Shown here one piece after another: positions 39,544 to 51,945 of a stretch of DNA of 64,000 bases. Made by a program: the position numbers and the translations under genes. The stretch covers positions 163,618,001 to 163,682,000 of the forward strand of contig NC_042997.1 in NCBI RefSeq assembly GCF_006345805.1, given 5' to 3'. The number at the start of each line of letters is the position of its first letter. Positions within the stretch are counted from its first letter, which is position 1. The DNA is from Octopus sinensis. Lineage: Eukaryota. The notes below the pieces were generated by a model, which made no database searches, was not told where the DNA came from, and worked only from the letters and a program-made list of their open reading frames with translations.

Positions 39544-42500
39544 TACTTGTCTGTTTCTGATGGTTCAACAAGTAATAAGACATTTTCTGAACCTTCTAAT
39601 GTCAATGTAATGAGCTCACGAAATGCTTATTCTACAGCACGTAACATACCTAATACTTCTGCTGCTGGTTTAGAAGGAAAGAGAATTAGTAATATCACTA
39701 CTTCAGAATCAGAAAGGGAATTAACAAGTGAAAGTGAAAGATTTATTTGCAATGCAAAACCTAAGATACCATCTTATGCAAAAGTGCAAAGCACTAGTTC
39801 AAAAGCTATGGATTCTCAACAGCCAAATATCTCTTCAATACCCGCAGAGCCTCAGAAGAATGATTTTACCACAGATCATGTTCAACAATCTCTTTATTCA
39901 TCAAAAAATGCAATAAGATTATCAAATACTGCAGAAACAACTCATAATATACATTCTGGAGGACTGTCTATAAAAAATAAATTGGTTCACACAAATAAAA
40001 ATGAAGATGTAGATTCACGATCTAAACTAGTTTCTCATGATACATCAAAAACCATTGGTGCTAAGGTGACCAACAAAACACCTTCTGTTACAACCAAAAG
40101 TACTGATGGTGCAACAGTTCCAAAAACAGTACCTGGTGCAACAAAGAGCATTGATGCTTTAGGGGTTTCTAAAACAGCACTAACTGCTGCAAAAACTACA
40201 ACTACAACAGTAACTCCTAAAACATCACCAACTGTAATGAAAACCACCAATACTGCAGTGGTTTCCAAATCAGCACTTGCTGCCAAGAAGACCACTGATG
40301 CTACATTGGCTTCTAAAGGAGCTCCTGTTGTAACGAAATCTACTGATACTACAGTAGCTTCAAGAACATCATCTGTTACAACAAAAGCTCTTAGTACAAC
40401 AGTGGTCTCCAAAACAGCACCTGTAGCAACAAAAACGATTGATGCTACAGTGGCCCCTAAAACAGCACCTGTGGCAACAAAAACGACTGATGCTACAGTG
40501 GCCCCTAAAACAGCACCTGTGGCAACAAAAACGATTGCTGCTACAGTGGCCCCTAAAACAGCACCTGTGGCAACAAAAACGATTGCTGCTACAGTGGCCC
40601 CTAAAATAGCACCTGTGGCAACAAAAACAATTGATACTACAGTGGCCCCTAAAACAGCACCTGTGGTAACAAAAACTGTTGATGCCACAGTGGCCCCCAA
40701 ATCAGCACCTGCAGTAACAAAAACTGTTGATGCTACAGTGGCCCCCACAACAGCACCTGTGCCAATGAAAACTGCTAATGCTACAGTAGCTCTTAAAACG
40801 GAATCTGTTGTAACAAAAACCACTAATGCAACATTGGTTCCTAAAACAGCTCCTGTTGCAAAAGTGGCTTCCACCACTGCAACAAATACCAGTGATACTA
40901 AACTAGCTGCTGACACAACACCTTCATCAAGCGTCAGTAATACTACACTGGTTCTAAAGACACCAACAACTGTACCAAAGACAACAGACTCAGCAGTAGA
41001 TCCTAAAATAGCAACTACTATGACAACGACCACTAATACCTCTAGTACAACTGACTCTCCTCAGACTTTGACCTCTACAACAAAGAGCTTAGATACAACG
41101 ATGGCACCTCAAGCCTTACCAACTGCAGCAAAGCTCATACATACAACAATGGCTTCAAAAACAGAACCTACTGCAACAAAAATTACAGATTCTACAGTAG
41201 CTTCTCAAATACCATCAACTGTGACAATGAACACAGCTACAGAGTTGGATCAAAAAGTTCCTTATACCCTAATGGCTCCTGTAATAGCATCAACTAAAAC
41301 AAAAACCACAGATATTAAAACAACAAGCTTGGTAACAAAAACTACAGAAATTGCAGCAACTTCTCAACCAACACCTACTACCACAAAAACGTTAGGTGCT
41401 ACAACATCTTCAAGTACAATTCAAACTACAACAAAATCCACAGATAGCACAGTTTCTCTTAAAACACTTCCTGTTACAACAAGTGTAACATCAGCTTCTA
41501 AAGCAATGCCTGCTACAATTACTAATGCAAATAATGTAATTAGCCAAACAACTGGTATTACTTTAAAATCTCCAGAGACTACAATGTCTCCTAAAGTAAT
41601 ACTAACTACAACAAAACCTACAGATACTACTGTGACTGATAACTTGACCTCTGTTGTAGAAAAAACCACCGATTTTGTTGGGATTCCTCAAAAATTGCCT
41701 ACTGCAGGAAAGACAACAGAGACAGCTGTAGTTACTACAGTTGCAAGTGTAGAGCCGAGTATTAAGACCAAACAAATAATTTCTGAACCTAAAACTGTTA
41801 CTACCTCTGTTGAAAGATCAAGTGCTACTGACTCAATTACAGGACCAAAAGCTAGTGCCACAGCTGTAACTCCAACACCAGTTGCATTTACATCTGAAGG
41901 TACAGCTGTAGCCTCAAAAATAGTGACTACTGCAATTAAGAATACTGACACGATTACAGTAACAACAAAAGAACCAATATCTAAAACAACAGAAACGGTG
42001 ACAGTAACAAAAAGTATGACCACTCCAACTGAAACTTTATCCACCAGCACAACTGTCAGTCAGCCCACTATAACTAAACCCACTGATACTATTGATATTA
42101 CGAAATCCGTGGATAAGATTCAAGGTGTGAATTTAGCAGCAGTGAATGGAACTGTTGAAGAAAAGAAAGTAGCAACTATAGAAGCTAAAAAACCATCTAA
42201 GGAAATCCACAAAGCTAATACTGTTGAAACCAGTTCTACAGTGCAGAGTACTGTAAACATTAAAAATCTACCAACTCCATCTGACATCAGTAGTATGGGC
42301 AAGCTTTCTGAGACACCAACTGTGAAGTCTGATATGACAATGAACAGTAATGTATATGCACCTACAGCTGCTGATTTAGATAAAACAAATATTTCATCAA
42401 TGGCACAAACTAATATTTCTTTATCTAAAACCACAAAAACATCCCTTCCTACACAAACATCAGCAACTTTAACAGGAACCTTAGAAAATGTAGCAGTCAC

Positions 42501-43010
42501 TGAATCTAAGGATACAGCTCACACTAAAGTATATACTAAAGTATTATCTTCTGACACTAAAACAGATGTTTCTTCTGATACTAATGTTGTAGGCCTGACT
42601 GGGGCTTCAGAGAAAATCATAGACACTAATAAAAAGACACCTTTTTCAACATCTGACATAAAAGGCAAATCATTAGAAAGATCTCTATCACTTACTTCCT
42701 CAACACTCATCATGTCAACAAAAACATCAAAAGACAATGATGAGAACAGGGATGAGATAAAAAAGACAGCTACTTCAAATACTGTATTACAATTCTCTAA
42801 ACATAGGAAAAGCGAAGGTTCAATTGATACTCCTCACTTAAGCATTCATCGAGGTATCTTAAAGCGCACTTCTTCTCTGCACAAGCAAAATTCATGTTCT
42901 GAAGAAATGGATCCAGAGCTAGCACATGTCTTCCAGTCCAGGAGAAGTAAAGAGGAAACTGATGAGGATACTTTTGAACAAGATGTTTTTGATGAAAGTC
43001 AATATCTTCG
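39544..43010 (+). CDS. SVIL: Giant 3467-nt coding exon: Thr/Ala/Lys/Val/Pro-rich region with 16-aa tandem repeat; phase 0 in, phase 2 out
   Basis: 1155-codon open frame in otherwise stop-rich DNA. Acceptor tttttttttcttttaactttcag|TAC and donor CTTCG|gtaagt. Phase matches both neighbouring exons. Confidence 0.88.
40045..40860 (+). repeat. Coding tandem repeat: 17 consecutive 48-bp / 16-aa units (consensus TKTxDATVAPKTAPVA), with degenerate units continuing downstream
   Basis: (g/a)(a/c)t-gc(t/c/a)/act-aca recurs at 48-bp spacing: 40441, 40489, 40537, 40585, 40633, 40681, 40729, 40777, 40825. The peptide register holds from SKTIGAKV (40045) to KTAPVA (40860). Confidence 0.95.
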
Positions 43011-45306
43011 GTAAGTTTACTGATACTTATGATAATCAATGTTATATTTTGTTTTAAAATTATGATTCTGGAGTAAGTAATATTTCTCCTAAGATTAAAA
43101 TAAATGCTTCATCTAGCTTTAAAATCTTTATTAAAACTTTTTTTGATATTTCACAACTGAGTTTCTCTGACTGATACCAATATATTAAATCTAGTAATAT
43201 CGTTTACTTGCTTAATTCCCATCACTAATTACTTTTCCTAAGTCTTAGAAATTACTGTTTCCCTGTGACCCATTATAGCTATCAAGCATCTTTAACTTTT
43301 GATTGTCCTGCATATCAGTTGTCTAAGCACTTTTGATAAATTAAAAATTTTGATTCAGTAGATTTTAACTTAGAACCTTACCCCGAGTTTATATTATTGT
43401 TGCCCATTTCTTTCTTACAGGTTACCTTTTTAATATATTGTATTTCTAGTAATCATCAACTACATATGCATTTCAGTTTTTAAAATAGGATTTTAGGCAA
43501 GATAGGTTTTAGATAATTATTATAACATTTTAATTTATTGATATAATGAGCTGATATTTAGAATAAAATTTAGCAATAGAATTCTTACATGAAATTATGG
43601 AATGTTTGAGGATTAGTTATATGTGACCATTGACATTCTCAGCCAGATTGGCACATAAAGGGCCAAAAATAATTCCTGATTTGTTAGGACAGGGAACTCC
43701 TGCATATTCAAGGATTTTGACCAGAAGCTGTTCTTTTAAATTCAAATAGTTGTATGTTATCAAATTAATTAACAGCAATTGCCTGAAAATAGAAGCCATG
43801 TCTTTAGTCTTGGTTTGCTCCAATGAACATTTCACAACCAAATATGAAGGTAATGAATTAATGCTAGAAGGATCTTGATGAAGTCTAAGAAGCTGAGAAT
43901 AAAATGCACTTGAAACGCTTCATTAAACTGATTGCTTAGGTGAATTTATGTGCACTTTTTTCTAATTTTTTTATTAATAAGAATTCAGATATTTCCCTTA
44001 AAATTTGTCATTACTGATAGGGAGTCAAAAATTGGTCCCATTCTTTTTATCACTATGTTTTCTTTCTTAAAGGTATCTTAGTATTATAAGGTATTGGTTA
44101 CTGAAACATTTCTCAGATGACTGTCAGGATTGATTATAATGTCAGTAGCTTCATAGTATGAAATTGATTCCAATGAATAGTTAATTAAGCACTTAAGGAG
44201 AGATCTGAAATACTTTACTCCTCTATTAGTGTGACCACTAATAGAGTAGTAAAGCACTATCATTATGTTTAATTTGACCTATTAAATACACTTCTTTTTA
44301 TTAATTTAAGCAGCTAAAAATAAAATGTTTTTCACTTGGTAGAACAATGACAGCATAAATTAATGCTAATTACTATTTTGTGTCTATCAAACTTAACCAA
44401 TTGCTTTTTTTTTTATACAATCTTGTGAATTCTTTATGTTATTTCTCAAATCAAACAAACAACAGGAGGAATCCAATAAAAGCAAACTAACTGTTGACTC
44501 ATAGCTTTAACTGTGCCACAGCCATAAAAAAGGAAGCTTACATTATGTCCCCTTTTCAGTTTGGTGTCTGTATACACCAAATACAGTGAAGGATAATTTT
44601 AGATTTTCCCTCTTGACAAAGATTTAAATTTGTCATGCCCTCTGACAAATTTTAAATCTTTCAAATCTTATTACTAACATGGATTATCAAAATACAAAAA
44701 TAACATTATTTATTTGTTTTATTCATGGCATTTCATCTGTGACAATAGCCTTATTTTTTTCTTTACCTTGATTACTTTCTTATTGAAAAATTCTTCTGGC
44801 TAACATTGTCACATTTATAAACCGAACTCATTTAGTTTCTTAAACCAAAAATACTTAAATTCTCCTCCTCTCCCTATTTCATATATATGATCTCTCTCTC
44901 TCTCTCTCACACTCACACACACATGCACACTCACACACGATTATGTATATACACATGTATTAAAACAAGTTTTTAGAACTTAAGTACAAGGGGAAAAAAA
45001 AAAATTTAGGACTCACATCCATTATCAATTGAAGCTTTTTAATTTACATGACTCGTTTGTGAAATTTCGCTTCTTCATAATCTTAGAAATTCATGCACTC
45101 CTTAATTAATACCGTTGCATAATTGTATGCATATAAATTTATGAATTTCTTTTTTCAGTTATACATTTAAATGCTGTTTAATGCATGTTTTGGGGGATAT
45201 AATGCAATCTTTTTATTTGTTTCTGTTTTGGTATTCAGCTGGCAGTATAAAGAAATTGTTCTCTGTTGTATCAAGATCTTATATCTATGTTCCTTATATA
45301 TTTCAG

Positions 45307-45444
45307 ACAAGATTCTTTACAATCAGAAGTTATAAATGAAGAACCTGAAGAAAAAACGCTATCAGTATCAGAAAGAATTTCTCAAATGGAAACTCAGATT
45401 TCATCAACATCGGGAGCTACTACTCCAAAAACACCTAGGTCAAG
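45307..45444 (+). CDS. SVIL: Supervillin-like coding exon, 138 nt, phase 2-2 (QDSLQSEV...KTLSVSERISQME...TPKTPRS)
   Basis: tttcag|A acceptor, AG|gtaaat donor, open frame continuing from the giant exon; contains an LSVxERxxxx motif. Confidence 0.85.
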
Positions 45445-47200
45445 GTAAATTTAATTGTTATATGTTTTACATTTTGGATTTTAATTTATTTACTGATTTT
45501 CTCAACTTATTTCTCATTTATTACCTTTGATGTCCCAGATCTGAATTGCTATTGATGTAGTCATCCCATTTATTTTCCACATTCAACAACCTCTTCACAT
45601 ATTACTTTCACCTTCCCTTAATTCTATAAGGCTACACAACAAAGTGTCTCATTTTGTCCTTGAAGCAGATGAGTCCTGTCATATTGCATCTTGCTTTTGC
45701 TGCTTTGCAGAACTAAAGATATTTATCCATGACTTTTTGCATATATTTATTAGAAGTAAATATTAAACATGAAAATAGTTAATATTTCATCAAAGGTCTA
45801 TAGCTTCTTTGTCCTCATGTCTTTTCTGTTGTCAAATGAAGTGAAGTGACTCAGAAACAAGCAGCTGAGAAGCACACAATTCATTGTTCTCTTAACAGAT
45901 ATACTAAAACTTTTTGTCAATTTTTTTGACTCCTCTTAAACCTTTGCATATATTTGAATTTTTTGGTATAATATTAATTAATCAAGAAAATAACAACAAA
46001 TAATTAATGACTGTTGGAATCTACTGCTTCCTGTATCTCATGTTTTCTCACTATTAAATAGCCAAGTGAAGTGATACACAAATAGTTGATAAAGAAAGAA
46101 TACATTTCTTTTGAAAATAAATATGCTGTTAAATATAAGGGAGATAATTCATAATTTTCAATTGGTTTCTAAAACTTGCTCACTAATTGTAAGGTATTGT
46201 AAGTTAAGTTAGGGGGGGGGGTAAGTAGAACACCTTATTTGATAAAGAAGGAAAATTGATAATTCAAAATAACTAAATCTTTTTTTTTTCAGTTTTGATT
46301 TTTAGTTTTCAAACTATTAGCTTTTGGGATAGTGACATTTTCTGGTAGATGAAACATGTAAAGAATTTTCTAAGAAGCTTAATATTTAGTGCAATCTTTT
46401 CCTCATTAACACGAGTCCAAAGAATGAGGGGATTCCTAGAAGATGTCTTTACCCCTCTTTGTAGTTGATTATGGCATGTAGGTGATTATGGCATGTAGCA
46501 TTAACTACCCTGACTAGAATTAATAACAGTCCACATTATTTCCTTATGTGGAATTAGAAATTTATGGCAAAGCTTTCCATTTACAGTTTCAATTTGATAT
46601 AGCTACCTGGATTGGGAGATTTCTAACAGGTTGCCCCCTTCTAACACTTTTTTGATGGAGCTCCCATTAAACCCTCCCAAATTATAAATACCTTTACTTT
46701 GGCTACTGTAGCCTCAATTTCTCTCATTTTCTGTGACTTGCTGTATTTTCCTTTCTTCTCTTCAGCTTAGAACTTCAAATCTTTGGCACATTTTTCTTCT
46801 TCCATATGTTTTCTATCTAACCATTAACCTATAGTGTTTAAGTCTCAACATCAACTATTTCATTTTTATCATAATTTTACGTCTGGTGTTCCATGTTTGC
46901 ATGATTTTCTGAGCCAGTGTTTTATGGCTAGATGACTTTCCCGTTTCCTACCTTTTCATCATGCATAGATGCAGTGTACCTATTCTAAAACTGAGATACA
47001 TACTGTAATATCAACATCAATTACATTTATATCAACTGATCCCTCAATCTACAAGGCCTCTTTCAGATTTACTTTCTCCTCAAAACATGCTAGAAATGTC
47101 TTAATTGTTCATTAAAAATTACTTGATATTTTCATTACATACATTTTAGAATTTTTTGTTTTGGACATTTGTTAGCAGATGGAAAATCATAAGAAAATAA

Positions 47201-48140
47201 CACTGTATAACAAAGAAAGCAAAAACAGAAATGAATAATCTTTTCTATGGGTATTTTGTGTGTAGATCACGAATATAACATCCATTTCTTTCTGTGACCC
47301 TCCAGTTTCTTGTAAACAGGATTGGGCTGAAACTGACAACTCTAAAAGTTATATACAGATTTTGATATAATTTTAATGGGGTGTCAACCATTAACATAGA
47401 AAAATGGGTTGTCAACCTAACATAGGAAAATTGTAAAAGTACACACAATATTTTTATAGTTATGTGGGTCCAAATCCATGGTAAATCTGACAAGAAACCT
47501 CAATCTGAACTCAATGATCTAGTTTGTGATCTAACACTTACTAAGCAACAGAGTGAAGTCCTGGCCTCATGTCTGCAACAATGGAACCTGTTGGATAAAG
47601 ACGCTCTAATTACAGCATTTAGGAGCATTCTGCAGATCTACTGCAGTTCTTCACTTTGGAAAACAACTTGACTTATTCTAATAATATCAGAGACCTATTC
47701 AATGCCTTTGAGCTGACCTATGAACCAAATGAGTAGAGGTTATTCATAGATGCATCCCTTTACAGCATAAATGTGGTTCTGTGGCACATTGGAAACACCA
47801 TGCCTTCAGTTCCAGTTGCTCACTCTGTCATTTTAAGAGAGACATATGAGAACCTCACTTTTATTCTAGACTGCATAAGTTACAAGGAGTATGAGTGGCT
47901 AATTTGTGCAGACTTGAAAGTAGTAGCCCTACTTAATGGGCTACAAACGGGATACACCAAGTTTATGTGCTTCCTTTGCAAGTAGGATAGTAGGGCCAGA
48001 TCAGAGCATTATGTACACTCAGAATGGCCACCTTGGGAAACTATGATACCTGGATGTCATAATGTAAATCATGAGCCATTAGTTAAGGAGAAAAATCATT
48101 TTGCCACCACTGCATATAAAACTAGGCCCAATGAAGCATT
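47201..48140 (+). mobile_element. Chapaev3/CMC-like DNA transposon remnant (left end plus transposase fragments)
   Basis: Starts CACTGTATAACAAA. Fragments SELNDLVCDLTLTKQQSEVLAS, HIGNTMPSVPVAHS, ICADLKVVALLNGLQTGYTKFMCFLC, WDSRA-like and PPLHIKLG. The family name is from recollection of these motifs. Confidence 0.6.
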
Positions 48141-48378
48141 CTTGACCTACTTCACCTGTGTAATGGAACTCACTTAAATGTTACTTCCATGAAGCCCCAT
48201 GTCCTACAGGCAACAATCATAACAGGTAGTCTTTATTCCAAAATTCTTTATTTCCTCTCAAACCTACAGATGTTTCATTTTGTAATCCTTGTTTTGACTA
48301 AACAGACCTAGTTACAAACAATCCCAAACTCTCTTTTCAAATACATTTTTAACAAAATTTTCTAATTCTAAATTTCAG

Positions 48379-48579
48379 GTTAGGATCTGTTAGTAGAACT
48401 TACTTTGAAGATATTCAAAAGCAGACTATGTTACCTGAAGAACTTTTTAATAAATTAAGTGATTTGGCTCTTAGTAAAGAAGCCTACCAGGAAAGGAGGA
48501 AGAAATATCAACGGGGTCGAGATGACTGGCGGTCCAGGACACAACCCGTTACGCAAGAAGAGGTGAAAGAAGCTGATAG
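48379..48579 (+). CDS. SVIL: Supervillin-like coding exon, 201 nt, phase 2-2 (...RDDWRSRTQPVTQEEVKEAD)
   Basis: aatttcag|G acceptor, AG|gtaaga donor, open frame; TQPVTxxEV resembles the supervillin RYQTQPVTxxEV motif (recalled). Confidence 0.88.
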
Positions 48580-49342
48580 GTAAGAATAGTTATATAGTAA
48601 TAATCTTTAGCATGAAGTTTGTCACCTTTGATGTTGTAGTACAATATATATTGTATATTTTCAAGCATCCTTTTTGTTTAAATTTAGTTTTTACATTGGT
48701 AATTACAATGCCAAATTTTAAGTTTATTGCACTGGCAAGTATATGTCTGAATACACAAAAGGAAACTATTTGCAATATTTTCTAAATATTCTAATTAGAG
48801 GGAATTATGATTGTTTATAAGTAATACTTAATTGATTATACAAGATAATATTATCTTCTTTTACATTATTAATTTTAAAAATATGTAAAAATTATCAAAT
48901 ACCTAAATAAATTATTATTGTCTGTGAAGGCAATTTTAAACACTTGTTTACAAGAGTTATGGGAAAACAGTTACTTTGTTTTAAGATGTTTCTTGTATAT
49001 TATGAAATCTTATTTTTTCTTACGTTTGTTATGTATTTAAATTTTGTTTTGTTTAAATTTTAATTTTACTTTTTTTGGCTTTTACTTCAAATTCTTTGTT
49101 CAAACCAAACAAGCAATTGTTATAAATAGATAAATAATTCTGAAAGGTTTGATTTAACCATTTCTAGCAATTTAGTATTTTATACTTATATATTTTGTAC
49201 AAGATAAAAGTAAATGAGACTAAAATATAAGTAAATTTATGTTATAAATAATCTGAGAGTTCAAAGGAGAATTAGCAAAACAGTTTAATGCAATTTTTAA
49301 TAATAATTTCTTTATTGACGACTAAGGGTTGCAGTTTTTAAT

Positions 49343-49560
49343 GATTGTTTCAAAGTTTGGAACAAGGCCAGCAATTTTCAGGGGAGGGTTAAATCGATTA
49401 CATCAACCCCAGTACTCAACTGATACTTATTTTATCAACTCTGAAAGGATGAAAGGCAAATTCAGCCTCAGCGGTATTTGAACTCAGAAAGTAAAGACTG
49501 ATAAAATACCGCTAAGCATTTTGCTTGGCGTGCTAACAATTCTGCCAGCTTGCTGCCTTA
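49343..49560 (-). mobile_element. SINE family B copy with 12-bp target-site duplication
   Basis: gcagtttttaat at 49331-49342 and 49561-49572. Confidence 0.85.
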
Positions 49561-50693
49561 GCAGTTTTTAATAGTGATAGTATCAATAACATAGAAATTA
49601 TTTCTCTTTGTTGTTTCAAAATATAAATCACTTGTATCCTTATACCATTTTCTAAATGTTGATAAAATTTAATGGAAATTAAAATTTTAAAAAGAAATTG
49701 GGAAATGTCAAACCAAAATGTTTTCTAATTCATGTTAAAATGTATGTAGTTGAAAATATCAATTCTCATAGCTTTCATTTAGTGTTTTAGCATTTTGTTC
49801 TTTTGGATATAGGACTGGAATTATATGCAACATAATGAGTTGAATAGCATATTTCAAACATTATGAATATTATTTTTAAAGAATCAATTAATAAAAATTT
49901 TGTAGAATAGTTTACAACTGAATTCTTTTGGTCATTCTTAACAATTGCTGGAATTAGTGTTTATTAATGATTGCAACTTCTGATATTGAACCTTGATTAC
50001 ATGGTTTAAAAAACAATTTGTACAACTACATTAAAAGAGTCTGAGATAGTTTAAATAGAAATGCCCAGGATGATCACCTAATTAATTAGAAAACAGAAGA
50101 ATGAATATATAGAGTATTTATTTTGCTTTGTATTGAATGAAGAAGAGAACTATATTTTCATCTTAGATACTTTGTACACTGAACAGGTCTTTAGTTTATT
50201 AAAATTTAAAATTATGAATTTTACTTTAATCTTTTAAAAATGTTAGAATTCAGCTTTACATTAATTAATTACTATCATATGTATTATATTTTTACATTTA
50301 AATTTTGACAAAAGTGTTAAAACAATATCATTACTTGCAGTCACATACTGATGCCTATTATAAATATAATTGGTTTGTTGTGATATTAATGTGTAACCAA
50401 TTCATTATATACCTACCTTATTTTATCTGATTTTATAAAATTTACTTGAATAAATAAGTAAATTTATGCTGGGCATTTAACCATTAGATTAAACCTGAAA
50501 ATATTTCATTTTAAACTTATTTGCTTGCATAAATATTTTAAATATGTTTTATTATTTTTATGTTCAAATTAAGTTTTATTTTATGATTTTTGTATTTAAT
50601 GCACTTAAAAGAATCCTCTATACATAAGCTAGCTCTTGGGGTTTAGAATCTTGTATTATAATAGTTCCTGATCAGATAGTACTTTTTTTACAG

Positions 50694-51440
50694 TTTGGAA
50701 ACTGTGAGTAATTTCCGAGCTTTGGTGATGAAACGGTCATCTATTAACATCTTTGAACAATTGAAAGATCAAGAAAAGCAACGTAAAACATATCCTGGGA
50801 AGAAAACTGAATATCCACAGCCTTACATACCCGAGAAAATGTCAGAGAAAAAGAGAGAGAGGTATAAAACTCTGCCAGTTACAGCAGCTGAGCTAATGGC
50901 CATCCCTGAAGGAGAGACTGTTGGGTTGGATAACTTTAAGTCTACAATGCAAGCTCTAAGGGATTATAAAACTGATTCTGGAATTGTTTCATCTTGCTCA
51001 GATTTTGAGAGAGACTCTCAGGGTTCTGATAGTATGAAAAACCTAGCAATTGATGCTGACACAGAAGACGATGACATTACTCATCTTAGTGTTGCTGACA
51101 GAGCCTGTATCTTTCAAAAGCTAGAAGAAAAATCCAAAAAGTGTGCTAGTGGAGCAAAGCGTTACATCGACAGAAAGAAGCGAGAACGTTATAAAACACA
51201 GCCAGTTACTGAAGATGAAGTGAAGACTGCCTCTGAAATTGCCGAAGAAAACGTCAGTGACAGGAAACGTAATAGTATTACTGATCAGATTGAGTTTATG
51301 GAGAAAGTGCATGAGGCTGAAAAGAAATTAAATACTGGGCTTAAAACTTTATCATCTGCTCCCAGTTTAGAGTCATTGTTACAGAGTGAGAGTTATGAAG
51401 AAGAAATGGACCCAACCACTCATAGTGATGACCTTACCAG
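50694..51440 (+). CDS. SVIL: Supervillin-like coding exon, 747 nt, phase 2-2 (RERYKTLPVT, LSVADRACIF, RERYKTQPVTEDEV)
   Basis: ttttttacag|T acceptor, AG|gtaact donor, 249-aa ORF in the track; two RYxT(Q/L)PVT motifs. Confidence 0.9.
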
Positions 51441-51489
51441 GTAACTGTAACATTTCTGCCATCAAGTTTTAATACTATCAATATTTGTT

Positions 51490-51538
51490 GTCATTATCAT
51501 CATCATCACTATCATTATTCCTGCTCCTCCTCCTCCTC

Positions 51539-51576
<38 letters not shown>

Positions 51577-51605
51577 CCATCACCACCACCACCACCACCA
51601 CCACC

Positions 51606-51658
<53 letters not shown>
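51490..51658. repeat. Compound trinucleotide microsatellite (TCC)n-(ATC)n-(ACC)n-(ACT)n
   Basis: Directly visible, 50 nt downstream of the 51440 donor. Confidence 0.95.
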
Positions 51659-51899
51659 ATTTTTGGTCGCTTAGATGCACTTTAACAAAGCACAGATTCC
51701 TTCTTCTAGCCTGCTATTTGCTTCTCTTTAAAAAAAAAATCTAAAACTCAAAGAAAAATACAGCAAAATAGTAACTTAGTAGTTTGCTTCATTGAACTTT
51801 TCTTGTCTTATTTTTGGGACTTTTCACATTGATTCAGTCACTAATCATATGTACATTATTTACATTTGACAGATATTTGTCCTCATCTTGTTTGTTGTT

Positions 51900-51945
51900 A
51901 ACACAACTTTTCAGCTGATATATCCTCCAGCCTTCATCAGGTGTC
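51900..51945 (-). ncRNA. Minimal type I hammerhead ribozyme in the PLE tail (best-preserved copy)
   Basis: Minus strand reads GACAC-CUGAUGA-A-GGCUG-gaggauauau-CAGCU-GAAA-A-GUU-GUGUU. Helix I is GACAC/GUGUU, helix II is GGCUG/CAGCU, and the core is intact; position 15.2 is A where other copies have C. Confidence 0.75.

Noticed and set aside
40045-40860. CRISPR-like regular repeat spacing
   Set aside because: Contiguous 48-bp coding tandem units with no unique spacers, inside a eukaryotic exon.
40035-42737. Long antisense ORFs (332, 82, 120, 126 and 72 aa)
   Set aside because: They are shadows of the Thr/Ala/Lys/Pro-rich sense repeat, whose codons lack reverse-strand stops; the Val-rich products have no independent features.
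39544-43010. Secreted mucin or separate single-exon gene
   Set aside because: No signal peptide, and it is bounded by splice sites in phase with flanking supervillin-like exons.
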